From: Horticoccus luteus
GTDB lineage: Bacteria > Verrucomicrobiota > Verrucomicrobiia > Opitutales > Opitutaceae
DNA: 32,000 bases
Assembly (NCBI RefSeq): GCF_019464535.1
Contig: NZ_CP080507.1
Span: forward strand, 3,300,001-3,332,000
Direction of reading: 5' to 3'
Shown: piece by piece, positions 19,068-26,874 of the stretch
Numbering within the stretch: the first letter of the stretch is position 1
Layout: each line of letters starts with the position of its first letter
The notes under the pieces: model-generated
Database searches by the model: none
What the model saw: the letters and a program-made list of their open reading frames with translations, nothing else
What the model was told of the DNA's origin: nothing
Position numbers and translations under genes: made by a program

Positions 19068-20540
19068 CTACGACGCGGTGGTCGCGGCCGGTTTCCACTG
19101 CGAGGGCAACAGCGGGCCGAGGTCGTCGTTCGTGGTTATCGTCGGCAGCTGGGTGAGCACGTCTTTCAAGTAAGCGTGCGGATCGTGGCCGTGGCGCTGG
19201 GCTGAGATGATCAGCGAGTAGAGGACCGCGGCGCGGTCGCCGGCGTCGGGATGGCCGACGAACAGCCAGTTCTTCGCGCCGAGTTTGCTCGGGCGGATCG
19301 CGTTTTCGACGGCGTTGGTATCGAGCTGCGTGCGGCCGTGGGCGAGATGCGCGGTCAGCGGCGCCCAATGGCCGAGCAGGTAAGCGCAGGCCTGCCCGAG
19401 CTGGGAGCGCGGCAGCGCGAGTTGCTGGAGCCGTTGGGCGGTCTTCTTCAGCAGCGCGAGCGTCAGTCCGAAGTGACCTTGGCGCCGAGCGGCGCGCAGC
19501 GCCGGACCGGCCCGGCGCCATTGGGATTCGTAATGATAAAGATGCCCGATCAGCCGCAACACGAAGCCGGCGCGAACCGGGGCCTCGGCGAGCGCCTCGT
19601 GGAACTTGCGCCGGGCGTGCGCCCAGCAGCCCAGCCACACCACGCCGGGGTGCGTCTTCGCGTAGGCGGGGTAGGCTTCGTAGGCGTCGGATGGCAGCAG
19701 GCCTTGATACTTGCCGAGGAGTTTTTCGGCTTCCTCGTGCCGCCGGGATAATCGCCACTCGAAGATGACATCACCTCCAGGATGCGAGAGCGCCCACAAC
19801 CAGCCCTGCGTCGTTTTTCCGTCCCGCAGGTCGGGGTCGTTGCACCGAATGGGCGTCTCGTCGACGACCACGTAGCCACCGGCCAGCAGCGCCTGCTTCA
19901 TCCGTTTGACCAGCGGCTCGAGCAGCGCGGTCGCCAGGCCGGTCCAGTCGCTCAAGTTCTGACGCGAGATCGGCGCACCCCAGCGGGCCAGCATCCTTTC
20001 CTGGCGGTAAAGCGGCAGATGATCGGCATACTTCGCGGTCAACGCCCACGCGATCAACCCCGCCGAGGCGAAGCCCCCGAGCGCGATCCGCGCCGGCGCC
20101 GGCGCCAGGAGCGGCGCGCGGTTGCGATCCAGGCAATGCCTGAACTTCGGCCGGACGATCTCGCGCTTGAAGAGCTGTGGCGGCACGATGTCCACCTCGA
20201 AGGTCCGCTCCTCGCCGATCCTTTCGTAAACGCTGGGATCGGCGCGCACCAACTCGGGCACGATCTCGATGGTCTCCTTCACCGGCAGATGCGCGAAGGA
20301 CTCGGCCGGCAGTGTGCGCTTGGGCGCCGGCCCGGCCGGGCGCTCGTAGGTGATCGTGGCGGTGGGACGAGTGGTGGCCGCGAGCTTTTCCAGTTCGCCC
20401 AGCTTCAGGAGCAGTTGCGCCCGGTCCAGCGCCTCGCTTTTGCCCGGCCCAAACAGTTGCTTCTTCAACCACTCGATTTGCGCGCGCAGCACCGCGTTCT
20501 CCTCGCGCAGTTGCTGCACTTCATCGGTGGGGGCGACCAT
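19068..20540 (-). CDS. tnpC: IS66 family transposase (TnpC, DDE)
   Basis: 490 aa. N-terminal leucine-zipper-like region (QQLREENAVLRAQIEWLKKQLFG). Core VVDETPI ... GWLWA ... CWAHARRKF ... NAVENAIRP, typical of IS66 TnpC. Confidence 0.92.
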   Translation of the reverse strand: MVAPTDEVQQLREENAVLRAQIEWLKKQLFGPGKSEALDRAQLLLKLGELEKLAATTRPTATITYERPAGPAPKRTLPAESFAHLPVKETIEIVPELVRADPSVYERIGEERTFEVDIVPPQLFKREIVRPKFRHCLDRNRAPLLAPAPARIALGGFASAGLIAWALTAKYADHLPLYRQERMLARWGAPISRQNLSDWTGLATALLEPLVKRMKQALLAGGYVVVDETPIRCNDPDLRDGKTTQGWLWALSHPGGDVIFEWRLSRRHEEAEKLLGKYQGLLPSDAYEAYPAYAKTHPGVVWLGCWAHARRKFHEALAEAPVRAGFVLRLIGHLYHYESQWRRAGPALRAARRQGHFGLTLALLKKTAQRLQQLALPRSQLGQACAYLLGHWAPLTAHLAHGRTQLDTNAVENAIRPSKLGAKNWLFVGHPDAGDRAAVLYSLIISAQRHGHDPHAYLKDVLTQLPTITTNDDLGPLLPSQWKPAATTAS

Positions 20541-20591
20541 GGCGCGCGCGGTGAGAACCTCGCACCTTGTATAAGTTCCAGCCCGGCAAAA

Positions 20592-20948
20592 CTATTTTTC
20601 CGCCCGCTCATACCACGGCTTCAGCGAGCCGTGCTTGAGTTCCACGCCGCCGACTAACAGCGCCAGCGCTTCCGGCGCGAGCGCCAGTTTGCGCTTCGTC
20701 TCGCTCGGCTTTGGCCAGGAGAAGCGTCCCTCTTCCAGCCGCTTCGCCAGCACCCACACGCCGGTGCCGTCCCAATACAACAGCTTCAAACGCGTGCGCT
20801 CCTTGTTCGTGAAACAAAACACCGCGCCCTGTTTCGGATCCTCGCCCAAGTGCTGCTGCGCGGCGGCCCATAATCCGTCGTATTGCTTGCGCATGTCCAC
20901 GGGCTCCACCGCCACGTAGATCCGAATCGCAGCCGGAAACGCGAGCAT
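20592..20948 (-). CDS. tnpB: IS66 Orf2 accessory protein (TnpB)
   Basis: 118 aa. IYVAVEPVDMRKQYDGL ... FCFTNKERTRLKLLYWDGTGVWVLAKRLEEGRFSWP is the conserved IS66 Orf2 pattern. Confidence 0.9.
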   Translation of the reverse strand: MLAFPAAIRIYVAVEPVDMRKQYDGLWAAAQQHLGEDPKQGAVFCFTNKERTRLKLLYWDGTGVWVLAKRLEEGRFSWPKPSETKRKLALAPEALALLVGGVELKHGSLKPWYERAEK

Positions 20949-20951
20949 CGC

Positions 20952-21377
20952 TTACCCGCGCAACGCTCGCACCAGCTTCGCCAACTCCGCGACATCGCCC
21001 CCGCGCACCTCCGTGCCGTCGGGCAGCCGCACCCTCAATTCCGCCGACCCGCCGGCCATAGCGGGCAGCGCCGCCTCGACGAAGCTGATCCTTTCCGGTG
21101 GACGCACCGCGGTGACGACCCCCGCCTGGGGGCGCCCCGGCCGGGCCGGCGCCAGCCGGCCCGCCGCCCGCTCGCATTGCGCCCAACTGCAGAACGTCGT
21201 GTAATTGATCCCTTCTCGCCGCGCGAACGCGCGCTGCGTCAACCCGCTCGACCGATACGCCGCCAACAACTCCGCTCGCTGCTCCGCCGGCCTCCGCCGC
21301 CGGCCCAACGCATCGCGCTGCTCACCGGTCTCGATCACCTCGGTCTCGGCTGCCGCTCCCGTCGTAGTTATCGCCAT
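20952..21377 (-). CDS. tnpA: IS66 Orf1 accessory protein (TnpA, HTH)
   Basis: 141 aa. HTH segment SGLTQRAFARREGINYTTFCSW. The position is immediately upstream of tnpB, with a 3-nt gap. Confidence 0.8.
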   Translation of the reverse strand: MAITTTGAAAETEVIETGEQRDALGRRRRPAEQRAELLAAYRSSGLTQRAFARREGINYTTFCSWAQCERAAGRLAPARPGRPQAGVVTAVRPPERISFVEAALPAMAGGSAELRVRLPDGTEVRGGDVAELAKLVRALRG

Positions 21378-21412
21378 TCCGGCAGACTATCACTTCATAT
21401 GTCTCGTATCTA

Positions 21413-21436
21413 CGAGGCACCCGAAGCGACGCTTAC
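21413..21436. repeat. IS66 terminal inverted repeat (tnpA-proximal end)
   Basis: cgaggcacccgaagcgacgcttac; its reverse complement gtaagcgtcgcttcgggtgcctcg pairs with 18970-18993. Confidence 0.85.
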
Positions 21437-21587
21437 GGTTTGCCCGCAGCGCAGCGGAGGGATGGAGCGCCGGGCCTTGCGCCCAGAGCGACACCGCGGA
21501 GGAACGAGCAGGATGCGTGACAGCTTTGCTGGCGCGCAGCGTGCCGCATGTTCCGCGTTGTTGTGAGCGCGAGCGAACCGCTGCACT

Positions 21588-22625
21588 TCACTGCCGCAGC
21601 AATTCACGAAGGCGATTAACCCCTGCGTCACCCAGCGTCTCCGCCAGATCCTGAACGTTGATGACCGCCTGTGCCTGGTTGGGAACAATCCACTTCCGAT
21701 CTATGTTGAGGAAGGCAGTGAGCTGCTTGGCCAGCGTGTCGCCCTGCTGCTTCAGCGCCGCGATCAGCTTATCCAACGTGGCCGGCACGTTCTTGATCAC
21801 GATGTGCTCGGCATCTTCCGGCAGCCTCACGCGATCCAACGCCAATCCACGGAAACTAACGTCGTGCAGCTTCGCTCGGCTAAGATCCACGTTGATCATT
21901 TCGTTCGAGGGGAACGCCTCTCCCTCGAAGCCACGCCGATAGAACAGCACATCTCTAAGCTCACCCTCGAAAACGCAGTCGGTGAACGTGCTCGTCTGGA
22001 AGTCGATCTTCACGAGCTTCGCGTCGCGAAAAACACACCGTTCGAACGCAGCAGCCTTGTAAGCAGTCTCGCGCAAATCGGCACCGGAGAAGTCCACTCC
22101 CGAGTAGATGTTGCGCTTGCCGTTCTGCACGCCCCCAAGCGCTGATTTTTTGAGATTGGCTCCCTTAAAACTGCAGTCCGTGAACGTCGTTGCCCACACG
22201 CGTAGATCCTGAAGCTGACAACGATCAAAGCGGCAGTTGTTCAGCTCACACCCGAAGAGTCGAAGCCCGTTCAGTTTGCTACCGCTGAAGTCGAGGTTCC
22301 GCCACTTGGCACCGTGAATGACGGCACCGGGATCAATCTCAGCCATTGCGACCCCTCGCACCTGAAAGCGGCGCAAGATCGAAGGCTCAGGCAATTCAAG
22401 GCCGCCCAAATCGATGCGTCCTTCCTTCGCGGCCAAGGCAAGCCCATCGAGCGGCTTGCCCTGGATTAGCCGATCCCAGATTTCGAGGTTCAACGATTCG
22501 CTGATCATCACCGCGTCAATAGAGGCGTGCCTTCGCCGAACAGCCAGTATTTCTCCACGTGCGGCTGCCACTGTGCGGGCGTCGTAACATCCCACCATTT
22601 TTGAGAGCAAGGCATAAGACCTCAT
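21588..22625 (-). CDS. Pentapeptide-repeat protein with non-repeat N- and C-terminal regions
   Basis: 345 aa with an ATG start. The central ~170 aa are A(D/N)LxX-type pentapeptide repeats (AKWRNLDFSGSKLNGLRLFGCELNNCRFDRCQLQDLRVWATTFTDCSFKGANLKKS ... VDFSGADLRETAYKAAAFERCVFRDAKLVKIDFQTSTFTDCVF). No signal peptide. The gene is visibly lower in G+C than its neighbours. Confidence 0.85.
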   Translation of the reverse strand: MRSYALLSKMVGCYDARTVAAARGEILAVRRRHASIDAVMISESLNLEIWDRLIQGKPLDGLALAAKEGRIDLGGLELPEPSILRRFQVRGVAMAEIDPGAVIHGAKWRNLDFSGSKLNGLRLFGCELNNCRFDRCQLQDLRVWATTFTDCSFKGANLKKSALGGVQNGKRNIYSGVDFSGADLRETAYKAAAFERCVFRDAKLVKIDFQTSTFTDCVFEGELRDVLFYRRGFEGEAFPSNEMINVDLSRAKLHDVSFRGLALDRVRLPEDAEHIVIKNVPATLDKLIAALKQQGDTLAKQLTAFLNIDRKWIVPNQAQAVINVQDLAETLGDAGVNRLRELLRQ

Positions 22626-23035
22626 GTCTTGACGTTTGACTAGTTCTGCCCGGGCAGCAGGGCTGCAGGAAAAATCTTATGCTTGGTCTTCTTTTTGAGC
22701 TCGGTCGAGCGATAGAAACGATCGCTCGCTCTTCGCTGAGGTAATGCAGCGCTACTCCTGTCATGCGTCAAAAGGATGCACTCACTTCCATCCGCAGCGC
22801 AAGTTTACGCGAACGGGCTGCAGGCTCGCCTATTGTTGACGGCCACTGCTACTCCGCCGTGCCTGAAACTTACCATTTCCGGGCAGGCCACATACCTTCA
22901 GTGTCAGCCTCGGCCATTGCGGTTGGGCCGCGCTACTAGCAGGCAGCCGCTCCAAAAATGGGGACTTCGAGACGACTCACGCGTTCAAATGGCTGAACGC
23001 GACGGAAGCACAAAGCCCCCATCCAGCAAGGAGGC

Positions 23036-23059
23036 GGGCTAAATCAGTTTATTTAGCCC
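23036..23059 (-). terminator. Hairpin just downstream of the cyclophilin-domain gene (possible terminator)
   Basis: 9-bp stem GGGCTAAAT (23036-23044) / ATTTAGCCC (23051-23059) with a 6-nt loop, 25 nt past the stop at 23084. There is no clean U-run on the minus strand, so this is weak. Confidence 0.3.
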
Positions 23060-23083
23060 CCTCTTTGGCCGCGGCAGAATCGA

Positions 23084-25105
23084 TCACTGCACTTCGTAAA
23101 CCTCGGCGAGCGCGACGCCAGTCGTAGCCCCGACGCCCGAAACTTGCGCCGTATAGACGCCTGGCGGAAGCGTCACCAGCAGCACGGCATCCTGGCTGGA
23201 ATCGCTGACGAGCGCGGTGGCACCGATGGTGGCCGAAACATTCTTAATGGTAACATCACCGGCCCAATCGTCGTTGCTCGCCACCGTGTCGCCGCTGCTG
23301 TTGAACAAGTCGAGACGCGGATTCGCCAGGGCGTTGGTGACACCGAGCGACGTAAGCGTCGGCCCCAGACCGCGAATGAGCAGGGTGCGCGCCGTGTCGC
23401 CTGTGACGACAAAGCCGGCAATCAAGACGTGTTCGCCGAGCCCGACTTGGGCGCGGGCCGAAGCATTCGTCAGCCTCGGAGTCGACAACGTATAATCGCC
23501 CGGCGGGGTCGCATCATAGATTTCCGCGAGCGCCACGCCCGTCGAGACGCCGGCCCCGACGACCTGCGCGGTATAAACGCCGCCCGTCGTATTGAACACC
23601 AGCGCGGCATCCTTGCTGATCGCGCTCGCCAGCGGGAACGCCCCCACCGCGGTGCCGACCGCCGTGACGTTTACATCGCCGCCCCAATTGTTGTTGGTCG
23701 CCACCACAGAGCTCGAACCGCTTGCATAGACGTTGAGTGTCGGGTCGGGAAGAAATGAAGCCACGCCCAGTCCGCCCAGCGTCGGCCCCACGCCGCGCAG
23801 GAGCAGCGCTTTTGAGCCAGACGTGCCCGTGCCGCCGACGACGAAGCCGACAATCAACGTCTGATCGGCGGTGCCGGCGTCGGTGCGAATGGAAAGGTTG
23901 CTCAGGCGCCCCGGGTTGGTGCTCGTCACTGCGGTCACGACTGCGGCATCCGAGGTCACCGAGCCGGCGCCGTTTTGCACGGTCACCGTGTAGGAGCCGG
24001 CCGTGTTAACGACGAGGCTCGACCGCGTCTCGCCCGTGATCGCCGTGCCGTCTTTCTTCCATTGGTAATTCAAGGGTGCACCCAGCGCGGAAACGCGAAG
24101 CACCGTGGCCATGCCGGTGGGCACGGTGACACTCGTCGGCTGCGTGGTGATGGCCGGGACTTGCGGTCCCACGGTCACGTTGAACGTTGTTTGGACCGAC
24201 GCCCCTTCGGCATCCGTCGCCGTCACGGTCACTGTCGTAAAGCCACTGCCGGCGCCGGGCGTCATCGTCAAGGTGCTGCCGGAGAGGCCGACGCTCAACA
24301 GCGCGGGGTTGGCGCTCACCGCCGAGAAGCCAAGAACGCTGGCGGAACTTCCCGCCGTCGGATAAAGCGGGACCACGGCGACCGAGCGCACGTGGATCAG
24401 ATTTTCCAGATTAACCGCCGACGTGCTCAAATTTTGCAGAGGGAGGGAGCTGAAAGGATTAGCGGCGTTTCCGCCCGTGAGATCATAGACCGGCACGGCC
24501 GCAAGCGCATCGACGACGGTCATGCCGCCACCGATCACGCGGCCGAAGACGGCGTAGCCGCCGCCGTTCGAAGCACCCAGCACGGTGGTATTGTCGTTCA
24601 CATTGATGAACCACTCGCTCGTGGCGGAATTCGGATCGGACGTGCGGGCAAAGGCGATCGTGCCCCGCGCATTCGGCAAATTGTATTCCAGCGGTATGGC
24701 CGGCTTGTGCACCACGAAGTCCGGCGGAATCGCATACGTGTAACCGCCGCCCTGCAAAATCTGGTTGCCCGTGCCACTGAGCTTGGCCGAACGGTGGAAG
24801 ATCGTATCGTTATACGAACTGTTGCTCACGTAATTCAGAAAATTCGCCACGCTCAGCGGAGCCGCATTGTAGAGCAGCTCGACGTTGAACTTCCCCAGAT
24901 CGGTATCGAACTGGACGATCGTCCCCGTCACGCCCGAGTAACCAAAGTAGGAGGTGAGATTGAGCGTGGTCGGCACCGGCGCGGTCTGGGCCGGCACCGG
25001 TTGAGTCACGGCCAACGCAGGCGCTTGCGCACGGAGAGTCGCGGTCAGCAGCAGCGCCGCAAGCACGGAGGTCAGGCGGAGAAAGGTCATAATTGACGGG
25101 GACAT
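23084..25105 (-). CDS. Secreted multidomain protein: cyclophilin-type peptidyl-prolyl isomerase + two Ig-like domains + two tandem ~130-aa beta-rich modules
   Basis: Start is ATG at 25105 or 25090 (MTFLRLTSVLAALLLTATLRAQAP signal peptide). Cyclophilin motifs are FHRS...ILQGGG, NARGTIAFAR...SEWFINV and YAVFGRVIGGGMTVVDAL. An I-set-like Ig domain is present (PAITTQPTSVTV...YQWKKDGTAI...GSYTVTVQN). The C-terminus carries two paralogous modules (aa 418-553 and 563-693 of the track ORF). Confidence 0.8.
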   Translation of the reverse strand: MSPSIMTFLRLTSVLAALLLTATLRAQAPALAVTQPVPAQTAPVPTTLNLTSYFGYSGVTGTIVQFDTDLGKFNVELLYNAAPLSVANFLNYVSNSSYNDTIFHRSAKLSGTGNQILQGGGYTYAIPPDFVVHKPAIPLEYNLPNARGTIAFARTSDPNSATSEWFINVNDNTTVLGASNGGGYAVFGRVIGGGMTVVDALAAVPVYDLTGGNAANPFSSLPLQNLSTSAVNLENLIHVRSVAVVPLYPTAGSSASVLGFSAVSANPALLSVGLSGSTLTMTPGAGSGFTTVTVTATDAEGASVQTTFNVTVGPQVPAITTQPTSVTVPTGMATVLRVSALGAPLNYQWKKDGTAITGETRSSLVVNTAGSYTVTVQNGAGSVTSDAAVVTAVTSTNPGRLSNLSIRTDAGTADQTLIVGFVVGGTGTSGSKALLLRGVGPTLGGLGVASFLPDPTLNVYASGSSSVVATNNNWGGDVNVTAVGTAVGAFPLASAISKDAALVFNTTGGVYTAQVVGAGVSTGVALAEIYDATPPGDYTLSTPRLTNASARAQVGLGEHVLIAGFVVTGDTARTLLIRGLGPTLTSLGVTNALANPRLDLFNSSGDTVASNDDWAGDVTIKNVSATIGATALVSDSSQDAVLLVTLPPGVYTAQVSGVGATTGVALAEVYEVQ

Positions 25106-25204
25106 TGCACGCGAGAAGACGTCCACGCCAAGCAATTGTTGCGTCAAAGCGCCGCCATCGCCCCGCACCGCACCCTCCTGCAGCTCGAGCGACGCGGCAA
25201 GTCG

Positions 25205-25732
25205 CTACGGGCGCGCAATTTCGACCGACACGACGCGCAACGACGCATTGAGGAGCGCGGGATTGGAACGATCCGCCGCGAGCGACAATTGTTCGATCGT
25301 GATGTAGGGCGCGCGCTTGCCGAGCTCTTCGTAAAATCTCAGGAGCGATGCGAGATCGGCTTTGCGAATGGAGAACTCGACGGAATTCACCGCAAAGCCC
25401 GCCGTCTGCTCAGTGCGCGGCGCTTCGCCCGCGGTATCTTTCAGACCGGCGCCGCTCGCGATCACGGCGATCTCACCGACCAGTCGCGCGGCATCGAACG
25501 TGCGGCTCGGATCGAGATGCTCCACGGCCTTGCGCGCTTCGTCCTCGATTTGCTGGTGATTGGCCAGCCACAGCGCTTGGTCGCGCAATTCGACCGTCGT
25601 ATGGCGCTGCGCCGCCCAGAGGCGAGCAGCGCGGCCTTCCCACGACCAAAGCCACACGCCGGCAATCAGCGCGGCGAAGGCGACCAGTAGAATTTTTTCC
25701 CGAAAAAGGCGGCTGAGGAATAGGGCTTTCAT
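25205..25732 (-). CDS. GspM/PilO-like bitopic assembly protein (putative)
   Basis: 175 aa. Single N-terminal TM (ILLVAFAALIAGVWLWSW), a coiled-coil-like segment, and a C-terminal alpha/beta module ending LLNASLRVVSVEI. Its start overlaps the upstream gene's stop (ATGA). The assignment rests on topology, size and operon position, not on a strong motif. Confidence 0.5.
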   Translation of the reverse strand: MKALFLSRLFREKILLVAFAALIAGVWLWSWEGRAARLWAAQRHTTVELRDQALWLANHQQIEDEARKAVEHLDPSRTFDAARLVGEIAVIASGAGLKDTAGEAPRTEQTAGFAVNSVEFSIRKADLASLLRFYEELGKRAPYITIEQLSLAADRSNPALLNASLRVVSVEIARP

Positions 25733-26865
25733 TTCTCTCCCATGCTAGTGTTCAGCGCTTCCGGCTTGAAACTGACGACCATGCGAAACGTCGCCATCCG
25801 TCCCCGCGTGTCAGGTCCGTAAAGGTCCACCTTTTCGATGCCGGGCAACGCAACCAACCCTGCGCGGTAGGTGCTGATGTCGGTGGCCGACTCCGTCTGC
25901 GCTTGGATTTCGAGCCGATAAAGACCGTCCGTCGTCGTGCGCAAAAACTGGATCGATTTCGGGCGCACGGCCCCGCCGACGATCCCGAGCATTTCAAATG
26001 GTCGCAATCGCTTGGTCGAAAGCTCGTCGATGCGATGCGTGAGCGATTGCGCTGTCATGATCGCGTCAACGATCGGGCGTTGCGCCATCACGCGGGTTAC
26101 GCGGGTCGTTTGCCAGACGCGACCGGCGGCCAGCGTTAGCTCCCCGATCATGGCCAATCCAATGGCCGCAAGACACACGAGAAAGACCCGCCAGAGCGCC
26201 CGGTCTCGCGCCTGCGCCCGCCGCAGTTGCTGCAAATCCGTTTTGTCGCGCACGTCCAGGTCGGCCGCCTGTTCCGGCGTGACGACGAACGTGCTCTCGC
26301 CGGCGATGAACTCGAATTCCGGCCCGGTGGAGTTTTCGTTCGCCACGGGCAACTCATGGAGTTCGCGAATGCGCTCGCTGGCCGTCAGCTCGAGCAGCAA
26401 CGCATCGCGCACCGCCGGGCGATTCTCCTCGTCGAACACCGGCCGGATTTGCACGTCCGCGGGCACCGCCTGGTCATCCCACCGCACCGCCACGAGGCTG
26501 TTTTCCCCGTGGATCAGCCACGTGGCTCCCGCGATGCCATCGCTGGGGCGGCCCAAGACGCTGGCAAATGCGGGCAACACCAGATTCGCGTCCTTCCAAT
26601 CGGCGGCGACCTCGGTCGCGAATCGCCGGCGGTAAGCGGCGTAGATCAGCGCGCGCGAGCTGCCTTCAACGTGAAAGAAACCATAGTAAAGCTGCGCCAA
26701 CGGAAACGGCGACAGCGCCTCCAAGGCGAGTTCGGCCTCGCCGCGCGCGACGGCCACATCGCCCGACGTCGCGATCACCCGCGCGAAAAACAAATGATCC
26801 GGGAGCAGCACGACCCGCCGGAGCGGACCGCGGGCGAGCGATAACTTTTTAAGAAAGGAAGCCAT
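25729..26865 (-). CDS. GspL-like (PilM-PilN fusion-like) bitopic assembly protein (putative)
   Basis: 378 aa: a ~230-aa cytoplasmic N-domain, one TM (LWRVFLVCLAAIGLAMIGELTL) and a ~120-aa periplasmic domain. It sits between gspK and the M-like gene. The assignment rests on topology and synteny. Confidence 0.5.
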   Translation of the reverse strand: MASFLKKLSLARGPLRRVVLLPDHLFFARVIATSGDVAVARGEAELALEALSPFPLAQLYYGFFHVEGSSRALIYAAYRRRFATEVAADWKDANLVLPAFASVLGRPSDGIAGATWLIHGENSLVAVRWDDQAVPADVQIRPVFDEENRPAVRDALLLELTASERIRELHELPVANENSTGPEFEFIAGESTFVVTPEQAADLDVRDKTDLQQLRRAQARDRALWRVFLVCLAAIGLAMIGELTLAAGRVWQTTRVTRVMAQRPIVDAIMTAQSLTHRIDELSTKRLRPFEMLGIVGGAVRPKSIQFLRTTTDGLYRLEIQAQTESATDISTYRAGLVALPGIEKVDLYGPDTRGRMATFRMVVSFKPEALNTSMGEK

Positions 26866-26874
26866 GAAGTTCTC

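Larger units (their letters stand above)
18970..21436 (-). mobile_element. Complete IS66-family insertion sequence (tnpA-tnpB-tnpC), 2467 bp
   Basis: Three ORFs are in canonical IS66 order on the minus strand. They are bounded by terminal inverted repeats beginning GTAAGCG, the IS66 family hallmark. The 8-bp flanks differ (ccagaagc on the left, ggtttgcc on the right). Confidence 0.9.

Noticed and set aside
22776-23042. 88-aa + ORF, and the 82-aa - ORF at 22516-22764, in the lower-GC spacer
   Set aside because: Neither has a ribosome-binding context or a recognisable domain. Composition is unremarkable but Cys/Pro/Arg-scattered, and the minus ORF overlaps the start of the pentapeptide gene. 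I treated the region as non-coding and flagged it separately.
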